This document shows positions 39,887-51,162 of a stretch of 64,000 nt of DNA, one piece after another; position 1 is the stretch's first letter; each line of letters starts with the position of its first letter. Source of the stretch: a virus (taxonomy: Duplodnaviria > Caudoviricetes); IMG/VR virus record IMGVR_UViG_3300031998_000006, positions 32,001 through 96,000 of that record; one strand, given 5' to 3'. A program made the translations under genes and the position numbers. A model generated the notes under the pieces. The model made no database searches. It worked only from the letters and a program-made list of their open reading frames with translations, and was not told the origin of the DNA.

Positions 39887-40438
39887 ATGAAAAATCCGTT
39901 ATTTATCTTCATCGCCATCGTCATTCTCTGTGGTGCTATCGCCATCGTAGGCGTGTTCGGGGTGCAGAGTTCCCAGAACTCCGCAATCGCCAAGGAACAG
40001 CTCGTAGAAAGCTCCCAGAGCGACTTGAACGCGGAATACAACCGCAGAGCCGGTCTTCTTGTCAACTTGGCAGAAGCCGTGAAATCCTATGACAAGCACG
40101 AAGCCGAAGTAATCGTGCAGATGTCCAAGGCACGAAACATCAGCGACAATGGCGATGTCCAGGCTTCTATGTATGTCAAGGCGGTTGCCGAACGATACCC
40201 GCAACTCCGCTCGGTCGAGAACTATGACCGCTATATGACGGAGTTGGCGATGACGGAAAACCGCATTGCAAGCCACCGCAAATACTACAACACTACGGTC
40301 CGTGACTATAAGCGATATGTTAAGAGTTTCCCCACCAGACTCTTCCTCTCGTGGCTCGGTTACGAAGAGAAGGATTATGGCTACCTTGAGTTTAAGAACG
40401 CCCCCGTGGATGCACCTACCGGCTTGTTGAAGGATTAA
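39887..40438 (+). CDS. lemA: LemA family membrane protein
   Basis: N-terminal TM helix, YNRRAGLLVNL, AVAERYPQLRS, ELAMTENRIA, YN..VRDY and FPT. Confidence 0.9.
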   Translation: MKNPLFIFIAIVILCGAIAIVGVFGVQSSQNSAIAKEQLVESSQSDLNAEYNRRAGLLVNLAEAVKSYDKHEAEVIVQMSKARNISDNGDVQASMYVKAVAERYPQLRSVENYDRYMTELAMTENRIASHRKYYNTTVRDYKRYVKSFPTRLFLSWLGYEEKDYGYLEFKNAPVDAPTGLLKD

Positions 40439-40444
40439 GATTCT

Positions 40445-41275
40445 ATGCCCTACCCTTACTCATACCATAACGGTTCGGATGTCGAAGTGACGAAGAGGGA
40501 GATGTTCGTGTCCGCTCTGTTCGTCTTGCTTGCCCTCATCGCAGGAATCTGCATTGCCGGTTCTATCCGCAGTTGCGAGGACGATGAGAATGTCAAGTAT
40601 TACGAAGCGGTGCAGATTTCGGATAGCACCCAATTCAACTATGCTTTCAAGACGAATGCCGGTCACACCTTGGCATACGGCACCGTGGAAGCGGTTGGGT
40701 TTGTCACGGATGACGGAGTGGGCAGCTATATGATGCTCCACAGAGTCCTTGAGGAATATCGCCAGCATACGAAGACGGTGTGTACGGGCGAGGGAAAGAA
40801 CAGGAGTTGCCATACCAAGACATACTGGACTTGGGATGAGATGTCCTCTAGGGATTTTTCCGTCAGCCGTGTGACCTTCCTAGGAAGGACATTCTACTAT
40901 TCGGAATTTCCCGAACTCCCGAAGCCTAGGTATGTGACCACCATCGACTTGCCACGGAAGGGTCTGTTCTCCAACAAGCAGAGGTATGTGTACTATGGAA
41001 GGTACTTGACCTACACCGGCACTATGTATGCTAATGTGGATAACCATTCCATCAACAACGGCAAGTTCCTTGACGGAGTTCCGTTGGACAAGGCTGTTGA
41101 AGCACTCATCCACAAGTGGGGGGTTCCCGTCTTCTGGGGTGTGTTCGGGGTAGTTGTCCTGATTATCGTCATCGTGTTCGTTGTTGCGAAGAACGAATGG
41201 CTTTACGGAAAGTTCTGGAGAGAACGGAGAAGACAGAAAGAGGAAATGGAAAGAATCTGGGAGAACTTGCACTGA
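40445..41275 (+). CDS. Two-TM membrane protein adjacent to LemA
   Basis: Hydrophobic helices near both termini flank a soluble loop. Confidence 0.8.
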   Translation: MPYPYSYHNGSDVEVTKREMFVSALFVLLALIAGICIAGSIRSCEDDENVKYYEAVQISDSTQFNYAFKTNAGHTLAYGTVEAVGFVTDDGVGSYMMLHRVLEEYRQHTKTVCTGEGKNRSCHTKTYWTWDEMSSRDFSVSRVTFLGRTFYYSEFPELPKPRYVTTIDLPRKGLFSNKQRYVYYGRYLTYTGTMYANVDNHSINNGKFLDGVPLDKAVEALIHKWGVPVFWGVFGVVVLIIVIVFVVAKNEWLYGKFWRERRRQKEEMERIWENLH

Positions 41276-41288
41276 TACTAGAGTTTAC

Positions 41289-42635
41289 ACAAAAAATATA
41301 CAAGGTAGATGCCACCTTTTAAGGTAACATGGGAATTGGTGAAATTAGCCCTTGACAATGCTAGGCAATTATTATATATTTACCCATAGGTGTATATGAA
41401 ACATACGGAACTCTACATAACCTACAATGCTGAAATGGTATTCCCTAATAACGAATGCCGTTCTCACTTTATGGAGTTGTTAGAGCAGGCCCGTGATGCT
41501 TATAATGAATGTGCCAAGATTATTTATGATAATAGCATTCCGTTGGACATCAAGAGCGTCCATAATGCGGTGTATTCCCACATCCGTAGTTCATATTCTA
41601 AACTCACATCCAACGCCGTAATAGCACTCTATAGGGATGTGATGGGTGCTATCCGTAGCATCAAGTCCAACAAACACGAAAATGCTAGGATTCCCGAAAA
41701 GACTCATCTAAATCATAAACTGAACAGATATTTATACAAGCACTTGACGGCAGAGGGTATTTGGCTGACTACGAACACCAAGAGAATCCGTAGCCACATC
41801 ACATTCAAGACATACCCCCGCTTACAAGAGATGTTCCAGAAATATGTTCCGGGCGACCCCACTATCTTCTTACGAGATGGCAGGTTCTATATGTCCATTC
41901 CATTCAAGGTACCGGAAATCCCTCTACAGAACGATACCTGTATTGGTGTGGATATGGGTGAGCGTAGGTTCGCAATCACATCCGATGGGCTGATGCTCAA
42001 CGATAAGGAATATAACGCTAGACGCAGAAAGATTCGTTACTTAAAGCGATGCTTGCAGAAGAAGAGTACAAAGTCTGCTAACCGACATCAATACAAGCTG
42101 TCTAGGAAAGAACAGAACCAGTCCACTAATATATGTAACCACATTGCCAATGCAATTATCCACAGCACTTCTGCAAGTATCATAGTCATTGAAGACTTGA
42201 GTAACATCAAGAAATGCACATCTAAATCCAAAGAAGGTTTAAAGACGAAATCTCATAACCGTAGGATTTCGCAGATACCTTTCTACAAGTTTAAACAGAT
42301 ATTGTCATACAAGGCACTACTCCACGGAAAGCGAGTAGAAACGGTTTCTCCATTTATGACAAGCCAAACTGATTGCACAACCGGAAAGAAAGATGGTATT
42401 CGTAAGAACCGTAGGTTCTATTGTGCCAATGGCATCATACTAGATTCGGATTGGAATGCGGCAATCAACATCGCTCGGAAGAGCAAACATCCCTTCTCGT
42501 TCTCTATTCCTTATGACGGGGCTTTGAGAACCTGGAGGGCAGGGTGCAAGTCAACCACCCAATCGTACTGTAAGCCTATCGTGGAAACACAGATAGCATT
42601 ACAAGCTCACACCTTTTAGGGCGTGGGTAGTTGAC
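41289..42635 (+). mobile_element. IS1341-like (tnpB-only) element
   Basis: Preceded by TTTAC (41284-41288). Left-end-like GATGCCACCTTTTAAGGT, related to the tnpA element's hairpin. Right end CACACCTTTTAGGGCGTGGGTAGTTGAC. Confidence 0.7.
41396..42619 (+). CDS. tnpB: TnpB RNA-guided nuclease family
   Basis: CIGVDMGE, VIEDL and LDSDWNAAINIA; C-terminal half nearly identical to the 23662 copy. Confidence 0.92.
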   Translation: MKHTELYITYNAEMVFPNNECRSHFMELLEQARDAYNECAKIIYDNSIPLDIKSVHNAVYSHIRSSYSKLTSNAVIALYRDVMGAIRSIKSNKHENARIPEKTHLNHKLNRYLYKHLTAEGIWLTTNTKRIRSHITFKTYPRLQEMFQKYVPGDPTIFLRDGRFYMSIPFKVPEIPLQNDTCIGVDMGERRFAITSDGLMLNDKEYNARRRKIRYLKRCLQKKSTKSANRHQYKLSRKEQNQSTNICNHIANAIIHSTSASIIVIEDLSNIKKCTSKSKEGLKTKSHNRRISQIPFYKFKQILSYKALLHGKRVETVSPFMTSQTDCTTGKKDGIRKNRRFYCANGIILDSDWNAAINIARKSKHPFSFSIPYDGALRTWRAGCKSTTQSYCKPIVETQIALQAHTF

Positions 42636-42828
42636 TCTTCGGCACATCAAGTGACCACAGGTATGCTAAAGAAACCGCTCCTTTGTCCGGAAGTCAAGGA
42701 TATGCTGTGGTGCATCCTTGCCGCCTTTGTGTTCTGGGTGGCGGTTGCCGTGTACTTTGTATTTATCCGATGAGGTGTAGCCATAGCTGTAGATACGGAA
42801 CATCTTGATTCCTATGGCATCTTGGATA

Positions 42829-43621
42829 TGATGAAGACGATGACCCACATCAGCTTTGAGGGCGTGGTGTTGACCCGTGAGGAACGGTCAAACATCCGCA
42901 AGCTGCTCGAGAATATGGACATCCGCACTTGCGATGCCCGTGGAACAGAAGCGATGATTAAGAACCTTGAAGCCATTCGCAAGCTCGCCAAGGACTATCC
43001 TAGCAAGGATGGTGATGACGCCAAGGCTTCCATATTCATTTTAGACTCACTTTCAGCATTGAAGGATATTGACAAATGAGCGATTTCGACATCAAGTCAA
43101 CTTTGGAATGTAAACCCGATAGCTTGTGTACGGAAGTTACATTCCACAATCGGGGTGGCTACCCAATCCATATCCGCTTCACGGATAAGGATGTTACGGT
43201 CGTGGGCGATTACGGATGCTGGGTCTTCAAGGGCAATATCTGTAATCCTTACCGATTTTTCTGTGGCAACCATATCAACCCGGACTACTGGGCAGAGAAA
43301 TTGAATGCCGCTCCCCGTACCTATTGGGATAGGGGTGTGGATGAAGACCGCTTGAAGAAGACCCTGCTTGAAGATTATTCGGAGTATGGAGTGACAGCGG
43401 AAGACATCGACGAACTCTGTGCCGATAGGGATTCCGTGGAATCTTGGGGCGATGTCGTGATAGACTTGAATGACAAGAAGGGATGGGGGATTGAACACGA
43501 AGACCTGTGGCATACGGTTAGCGGCTGTATAGCGGACGACTGGTGCTACTTGCAGATTTGCGAACTCGTGCAGACCGCATCAAACTACCTCCGTGAACGT
43601 GGAATAGATAAAAAATCTTAA
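42829..43621 (+). CDS. Two hypothetical proteins (~42829-43079 and 43076-43621)
   Basis: Coupled ORFs; the second has VVGDYG.WVF and INPDYWAEKL motifs. Confidence 0.7.
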
Positions 43622-43638
43622 AATTTTACGAAATACTA

Positions 43639-43667
43639 TTGACATCCTCTAGGTAAAGTGTTATATT
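43639..43667 (+). promoter_or_regulatory. Early promoter (repeated family)
   Basis: TTGACA-17-TATATT. Confidence 0.85.
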
Positions 43668-43712
43668 TGGAGTACAGAAGACAACCACTCACACTTTACC
43701 GAGGATAGTTCA

Positions 43713-46269
43713 ATGCTCAAGCTCATCAATAAGGAACTCGCCAAGCACTCCGTAAGGATGCTCAAGTACAAGGGGATGTATTATTTCCAGCTCTTCCGTG
43801 AGAATGGCGACCTCTTGGCAATGCGTTGCACCTACAGACAGACTCTCGATGAAGGGTCGAAGGAAATGTGGATTGCCGATGGCATCGCCTATGCCAACGA
43901 AATCAAGAAGGGGGCTGCATAATGTCTTTCAAGGAAATTGCTGAAAAGCCGTTCGTTGAATCCTGTTTTGGTTGTTACCACTGGTGCAAGGCATCGGATG
44001 TGCAGGACCGTATCAAGGAACTTGAATATGCCCACGATGCGGAACTTCTGGAACTCAAGGTGGCTTATGAAGCCGAACTCAAGAAACTCCGCACCCAGCA
44101 CACCCACGAAATCAGCCGCTCCCTTGAGGACCGGCTGAAATGGGATGGCGAACTGTTGCAGATTGCAGAGTATGCCCGTGCCACTATTGACCGCATCATA
44201 GGTATGGCTGACCCTCGTGGCGAAATCAAGAAGCACTTGAAGGAAGTGGACGAGGAAACCAAGCAGAACATCCTGTGCGGTCTTATGACCGGCACGTTCA
44301 ACTTTGCCTTTACGGGAGAAGAGGTCATGGGGATGGTCAAGTCTATGATGGAAGGATGCAAGGAGAAGACTAACTAGAATGTAAGGAATAAATAAGGGGA
44401 CATTTTATGGAAATCAAGCGATTGAGGAAGAATGCTGAAAACAACCGATACAATTACCAGTTCGTGAAGGATGTTGGTTCTCGTGAAATGGCGAAGCTCC
44501 TAGAATCCGAAATCCGTAACGGGTCTTGTATGTCCTTCAATAATGGTATGGGTTATCTGTTGTCCGTGAAGGGCAAAACCCTTGTGCTGAAAACGAATCG
44601 TTGTATATATAGCCCCTCCGTGGAAATGTCTATCGACGAATCGGCTATGATTCAAGAGGTGTTTACAAGTAGGGTTAGGAATGCTCTGTACAATATTTAT
44701 GAAAGAACTAATGTTCTTGTGAGGAAGTAGATAATGAAATCGGGCATTATTGAAAACGGAAAAATCATTATGAGCGATATGGAAGCAGGAATCAAGAAGG
44801 AAACCGAAGGTATGGGTGCAAAGGACATTCCCGAAGTGGGCAAGGTCTATCATCTGTTCGACGATGGCAAGATTCGCCTATCAAGGCATTGCCTAATGGA
44901 ATGCGTTGAAGTCATTCCCTTCAAGGAATTTTCCAAGAACCCGAAGTATGCGGAACTCTTCAAGACCTGGCGAGAGGAAGTCAAGGAATGTGACTGGCTC
45001 TATTCCGAAACTACGGACTACATCGTGGGATGCCGGTATAAGGAACATCCTAAAGAAAAGGTTTTGTATTTTGCACGAACGGTTGAATGGAAGTGGTGGT
45101 TCGGGTTTGGAACTTTCCTTGATAACGGATTGCTCGATGTAACCCGAAAGGCTTGGGCAGAGTTTTATGAAGATGCCCACAACCCGGACTTGTTCGGCTA
45201 TTCCGATGAGGACTTGGCTGAAATAGAAGAACTCAACAAATATTAGGAGAAGCCGATGACTCTTGAAGAATTGCAGAAAGCAGTGGCGAATAAGCCGGTC
45301 TTTGTGAGGATGAGTTCCGTTACCATCGACCCGAATGCCCATATCGTTCACGATGTATATGGTCTGGTTCATTCTATCCACCAGACCTACGCTTGTAGGG
45401 ATGGGGGTTACTATGATGCCTATGCAGCCTGTTGCAATGTAATATTTGATGTCACGGAAATCACGGACCCCTCTGGCGAATCCTCCCGAATCATCGGTCA
45501 GGTTCGGTTCAATGAACTTTTGTGCGGAAAGGGAACTGCGGACATCTTGCAGTTTTTGAATGATATTCAGTTGTGCAAGCCCCCGAAGGATGTAGTTACA
45601 CAGATTACCGCAGACTTGAAAAAGCAAGCTATGGATGCTTATGCCCGTGCATCCACTTGGAGTGAACTGACGGGCGAACCTTCAATCGGATTGAGTGTGA
45701 GGTAGTATGGAGATGTCTTTTAGCGAAATGGAGAAGAGGGTGCTTACATTGCAGTCAATGGGCAAGCCGGTTCCTATGGATGGTGGCGACCCGTTCCTTT
45801 CAAAGTATGGCAGACCTTTTACGGAAACGGAGAAGCATTGGTATTGCATCCTCTTCGGGAATGCAAAGTAGGGGGTAGCTATGGCTAAACATTTCTGGTG
45901 GGGATTCCTGTATTGGGCGAAGACCGGCAAGAGGTCCTACGGGTATATCCTTGACAAGAGGGATTACCACCACGCCCTTGAACAATACAAGATGAAGCAA
46001 CTGCTCAAGACTGAAAAGGATGAATTGGAGGATAGATAGGAACTATGGACTTTACTAGGGAATGCCCCGAATGCAACGGAAAGACGGTAAGGCTAGTCCA
46101 GTGTCAGCTCTGCAAGAATGTGAAGTGCAAGCACTCACAGGCATTGAAGTACCTTTCTCCCACGGACTGGTTTATGATGCTGACGGACGAGGAAAAGGAA
46201 ACATTGGTGGATATGTTGCAGAATGCCTATGACCGCTTTCGCAAGCAACACGGAGTTGCCCATGCCTAA
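43713..46269 (+). CDS. Run of short hypothetical early genes (43713, 43922, 44407, 44734, 45256, 46045 and others)
   Basis: Consecutive + strand ORFs with RBSs. Confidence 0.7.
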
Positions 46270-46373
46270 ATCGGGCGGTTTGCCGGATTAAACTTCCATA
46301 TTTGCAGAATTTCTGCAAATTCGGGGTCTATGCCCGGCATCTTCGGGATTATGCGGAAATTTATAAAAGACTA

Positions 46374-46402
46374 TTGACAATAGGCAGATAGAGTGTTATA
46401 TT
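46374..46402 (+). promoter_or_regulatory. Early promoter (repeated family)
   Basis: TTGACA-17-TATATT. Confidence 0.85.
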
Positions 46403-46436
46403 TAACGGCAAGTTAAACCACAACCGAGGAACACCT

Positions 46437-49400
46437 ATGAGTGTTGATTCTTTCCATTACAAGTTTGAAGACTTGAAGTCCGTGACTGGGTGTGACATCG
46501 ACTTGGGTCGCGTTGAGGGCGAAGGTATCCTTGACCCCGATGACAACTACTACCCGAAGACTCTAGTGGATGCCGCTATCTGTGAATTGGATGCCCACCG
46601 CTTGTGTTTTGATACCGACCGCAAGATGTACTTGAAGCAGTACGATGATACCTTGAAGAAATGCTGGGCTTACGAAAATCGTCTGTTCCATAGCAACTAC
46701 AAGCGGTGTTGCCAGCTCGTCAAGGAATGCTACCGCAACAAGGAAAAGTGGCTCGTTACCGCTAGGGCTGTGGCTACCACTGATAGTCTTGTTGCCTATG
46801 CGGATTCCAAGGTTGCCCTCTGGGTAAAGTGGGAGGACCGCTGGCAGAAACTCGCTAACTATTTTGGATTGAAAGAATGATTACCTTGAATTGCAAAGAC
46901 GGAACTCTCGAACTCGACGAGGGCATCTACGAAGATTCTTGCCTAGTCCGTGACCTCGTGGACAACACGAATGGATGGATTGCAAGCCATACGAAGCAGG
47001 AGGTCTATGATGAAATCGAAGAACTCTACTACAAGTAACCGATTCACGATGGATGACTTCAACCGTATCTGCACGGATTGCGGACTCATCCATACGGAGG
47101 ACACTCCGCTCCATAGCGTGTTCAGTGTCAATCATCCGCTATCCAACAAGCCCATCGCAATCGCCACCTACATCAAGTCGAAGGATTCCACGGACGATAA
47201 CCCGGACGAGTTCGTTGCGGTGGAGGTCAGCGAATCGACCTATGCCAAGGCGTTGCCGTTCCGTGTTGATTACATTCGCACCATCCGTACTTGGCTTCTT
47301 GACGAACAGCAAATCCGTGATGCCATCAAGAGTGTGACATCGTTCCTTGATGCCGAATACAAGGCACGGAAGGGAAAGACGATTTCAATGGAGAGGTTCT
47401 TCCACTTCATCAACAACGATATTGAACACCTGTTCTATACGGATTTGGAACTTTCGTGTACCGTGCAGGAGTTTTTGGACAATATGTACGGAGTTACCGC
47501 AACCATCAATAAGGGAGATAACAAATGGGGTCTAATAAAAGAGTAGGGCTTGATATGCCCTTGATTTGCATTGTTCGCAAGGACGGAACGGAAGTGAACG
47601 GAGTTCCTATCGGGTTCTATTCCCGGATGGTCAGCACCACTCCCGAAGACAAGATGGACCCGGCATTGGATGCAAGGAATGTCAAGGAGAAGGTTGGCTA
47701 TGTGGTGTTCCCTTTCGTGCAAGTTCCCTACGATGACATTGATGAAGTATATACTTTCGACGCCAAGGGTGAACGGCACGGGGGCAAGGTTAATTGCGGA
47801 GTTCACGCACTTATCCACATCTGGGGATTGAATAGGGAGTTCAAGAAATGAGCAAGGTCATCTATGTGATTCAAGCCTATCGGTTCTGGGATGATAATTC
47901 CATCGACTCCCGAAACATCGGATGGCAGGAGGACAAGGACACTGCTATTGATAGCCTTGTGACCAACAGCGGGGTAATTGCGGATAGTGTCGGGAATGCC
48001 GCCTACTATCCCTATGCCTTGGTTGAGGAAGTTCCCAACGGCATCTATCCCGATTGCCTTGAGCATCGCGTGTGGTTCTTTGAATGGGACCGTGAGAAAG
48101 TCCGGTATGTTCCTAGCACTCGTCCGAAAGACTGGGAGGGCGTTGTAGGTTTTACTATGGGGTAATTATGCAACAGATTACATACCTATTACAGCCGGGG
48201 CTTCTCCACTTGGCAGAAGCCTTTCCCTCGGACCACAACGGAGAATCCGTTCGTGGTCACTCTGTAGAGTTCAGCGGGGAGTACACCACCCTCAAGCGGA
48301 TGCTCCGTGAACTTGCTCTGTACTTGGGAAAGCCTAATCTTGCCGAACTCCACAACTGGCACGTGTCCGAAGTGGAGGATGGCAGATTCCTTCTCGATGT
48401 GGATTTCTTGGTTGACCACAACGAGAAAGAGCCTACCGCAGAAAGGCTGAACAAGTGGGAGAATGGCGAAGCCCAGTTGTTCAATGCACACTACTACTTT
48501 GAAGTCCGGTGCCGGTATATGGAGGTTGTTTCCGAACAGGACATTCTCAAGGCTCTCGGAATCACATTCATCTAGGAGGACATTCCTATGACCTATGAAG
48601 AACTCAAGGAACATCTTGAGAAGAACGGCCCCACATTCATCAAGCTGAAACGGGTAGAGCCTTGCGTGGATGCGAAGATATATAGCACTCTATATCTGCT
48701 TGTCAGCAAGGTTGCCCCGGCTGAAATGTTCGACGGTATGGGTTATATGACCATCCCGAATGGCTACACTCTGGATTGCATCATCCGCATAGACGATTCG
48801 GAATACTGGGAGGACTACAGGGATAAGCCCAAGGAACGGAAGCAATCCGTGGAGTTCAACCGCCCCGTCTATGTCCACGGCAAGCAGCTAGAAACTTGTA
48901 CCATCTGCAAGCCCCCGAAGGACGTGTGCAATATGCTGACCGCAACCCTTGAGGAAGAGAAACGGAGGGCTACGGAAACATTGAACGAATGGAATGCCAA
49001 GCGGTTTGGATGGATAGAGGAATCCCATGGCTGACGAATCCCTCTACAGAAAGAACCGCTCCAAGCTGGCGAAGGTTGCGGACAAGCCTACGCATATACT
49101 CCGTGTACAATACAAGTTCTTGCAGTCGCCTTATTTGAGCAAGCTCCAAGAAAAAGTGAACGAGTTCGTGGTCAAGAACAATGCTGAATCCGTGACTTTG
49201 ACCACGGGGGAGGTCTGCCAGAAGGGGATGATGCTCTGTGACCGCCCTAATCCCAATGGCGATTACTATACCCTCTATATTGCGAACATAAAGTACATCG
49301 AGGACTACACCGCCCGTAGGATGTCCGAGGAATTGGATAAGTGGCTAGAATCTAGGTTGAAGGAATATTCCGAACAGCATATCGGGATGCTTCCACCTTT

Positions 49401-49551
49401 AGGATTACGCTCCGTCGAAACCGGTAGAGTGATTTCCCACGAGGACCTAGTACGGAACTATGCGGAGAAGCTGATGGCATCCGAAGAGTACAAGGCTGCG
49501 GAGAGGGAACTGGAAATTAAGTACAGCGAGAAGCCATCTGCTGAAAAATAA
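46437..49551 (+). CDS. Run of short hypothetical early genes (46437, 46877, 47049, 47555, 47848, 48168, 48588, 49027)
   Basis: Consecutive, often translationally coupled ORFs. Confidence 0.7.
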
Positions 49552-49562
49552 TTTATATTGAC

Positions 49563-51032
49563 AAATAGGTGGCCACAAGCCCACGCATCTTTAGTGGACG
49601 TGGCTAGGAACAATAGATAGCACTTGCTTTTTCATAAGTATTTATGTATATTTCTAGAGTAGAAATTATTGAAAAGGTCTGGTTTCAATAATAGAACAAG
49701 TTTTTCGGTAGCAATGCCGATTCTTCCTATTAGTGCCAGACCCACTAATAGGATTTTTTTGTTTATGGTAGTCACAAAAGGTATAGAGTTAAGGCTTTAC
49801 CCAACCAAGGCACAGAAGGTGTTCTTCAACAAGTGCATTGGTGCGGAACGAGTTGCCTATAATGCTATGCTGAATACCAAGATGGTTCTCTACAATGATT
49901 ATGGTGTGAAGAACTTTAATCCTAATTGGAGTTCCCTCAAGGAGTTCTACCCCTGGATGAATGAGGTGGATAGCAGATGCCTTAACTATGCCAAGATAGA
50001 GGTAGCCACCGCATACAAGAACTGGTTTCGCTCATTGAAAACAGGCGGGAAGGTTGGACACCCCAAGTTCAAGAAGAAATCTCATTCCGGCAACTATCAT
50101 AATACATCTATGCCAACCACCCCTAATAAACTATTTAGGGATGGTTGGATATTCATACCCAAGGCTGGGCTTGTCAAGTTTGTTCATTACAAGGAATTGG
50201 ACTTAACAAAGATTAAGAAAATCCGGTATCTTACAATCAAGCGTACAAACACGAATAAGTATTTTGTGTCCGTATGTTGCGATGTGGAGTTGCCCGAATA
50301 TGAGCATACGGGTAACTGCATTGGTCTAGACCTTGGAATCAAGGATTTAATCGTTACATCCGATGGTACAAAGTTTGAGAACAAGAGATTTATAAAGTCT
50401 TGCGAGAAAAGGATTACGCACTTGCGGCGAATCCATTCCCACAAGCAGAAAGGTAGTAGGAATCGTGAAAAAGCACGGATTAGGCTTGCTACCGCCTATG
50501 AAAAACTAGGCAACAGAAAGAAAGACTACCTTCATAAGCTGACAACAAAGATTGTTCGTGAGAACGATATAATCTGTATAGAGGACTTGAACGTGAAGGG
50601 TATGCTCAATAACCATACTCTAGCCAAGTCTATAAGCGATTGCTCGTTCTCTATGCTACGGTCTATGTTGACATACAAGTGTGAGTGGTACGGACGAAAA
50701 CTTGTCGTGATAGATAGATGGAGTCCAAGTAGCAAACGATGCTCTTGTTGTGGGCATATTATGGCAAGTATGGGGCTTGACATCCGTGAGTGGGTATGCC
50801 CATCTTGTCATACAGTCCACGATAGGGATGTCAATGCCGCAAAGAACATACTTGATGAAGGTTTACGAATTTTAGATATAGGGCCGGAACTGCCCGAATA
50901 CAAGCCTGTGGAGAACCCAACTATGGATGACCGTGCGGAAACGTACCTAAAAAGTAGCGGTTCTGTGAAGCAGGAAGCCTATATGCGGATGGGTGGGGAA
51001 ACCACTACATCTTTAGCATGTGGGTAGTTCAC
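49563..51032 (+). mobile_element. IS1341-like (tnpB-only) element
   Basis: Left CCCACGCATCTTTAGTGGACGTGG and right CTACATCTTTAGCATGTGGGTAGTTCAC hairpins. Confidence 0.75.
49765..51027 (+). CDS. tnpB: TnpB, canonical IS605 OrfB type
   Basis: LRLYPTKAQ, IGLDLGIKDL, ICIEDLNVKGM, SSKRCSCCG, WVCPSC and HDRDVNAAKNI. Confidence 0.95.
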   Translation: MVVTKGIELRLYPTKAQKVFFNKCIGAERVAYNAMLNTKMVLYNDYGVKNFNPNWSSLKEFYPWMNEVDSRCLNYAKIEVATAYKNWFRSLKTGGKVGHPKFKKKSHSGNYHNTSMPTTPNKLFRDGWIFIPKAGLVKFVHYKELDLTKIKKIRYLTIKRTNTNKYFVSVCCDVELPEYEHTGNCIGLDLGIKDLIVTSDGTKFENKRFIKSCEKRITHLRRIHSHKQKGSRNREKARIRLATAYEKLGNRKKDYLHKLTTKIVRENDIICIEDLNVKGMLNNHTLAKSISDCSFSMLRSMLTYKCEWYGRKLVVIDRWSPSSKRCSCCGHIMASMGLDIREWVCPSCHTVHDRDVNAAKNILDEGLRILDIGPELPEYKPVENPTMDDRAETYLKSSGSVKQEAYMRMGGETTTSLACG

Positions 51033-51098
51033 TCATATCACTATCTCCGTCCGGTCAAGTGGCCCGAGATTTTTATTATAAATTTTTAATAATTCCTA

Positions 51099-51127
51099 GT
51101 GACACTTACACGATAAAGTGTTATATT
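51099..51127 (+). promoter_or_regulatory. Early promoter (repeated family)
   Basis: GTGACA-17-TATATT, GATAAAGTGTTATATT, AC-rich leader and CCGAGGAT. Confidence 0.75.
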
Positions 51128-51162
51128 TATGTCAAAGACAACCACCACCGAGGATAGTATTT

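Noticed and set aside
42636-51055. Self-targets for the guides of the 41396 and 49765 TnpBs
   Set aside because: I found no second copy of TCTTCGGCACATC or TCATATCACTATC by eye; they probably just reflect insertion-site flanks.
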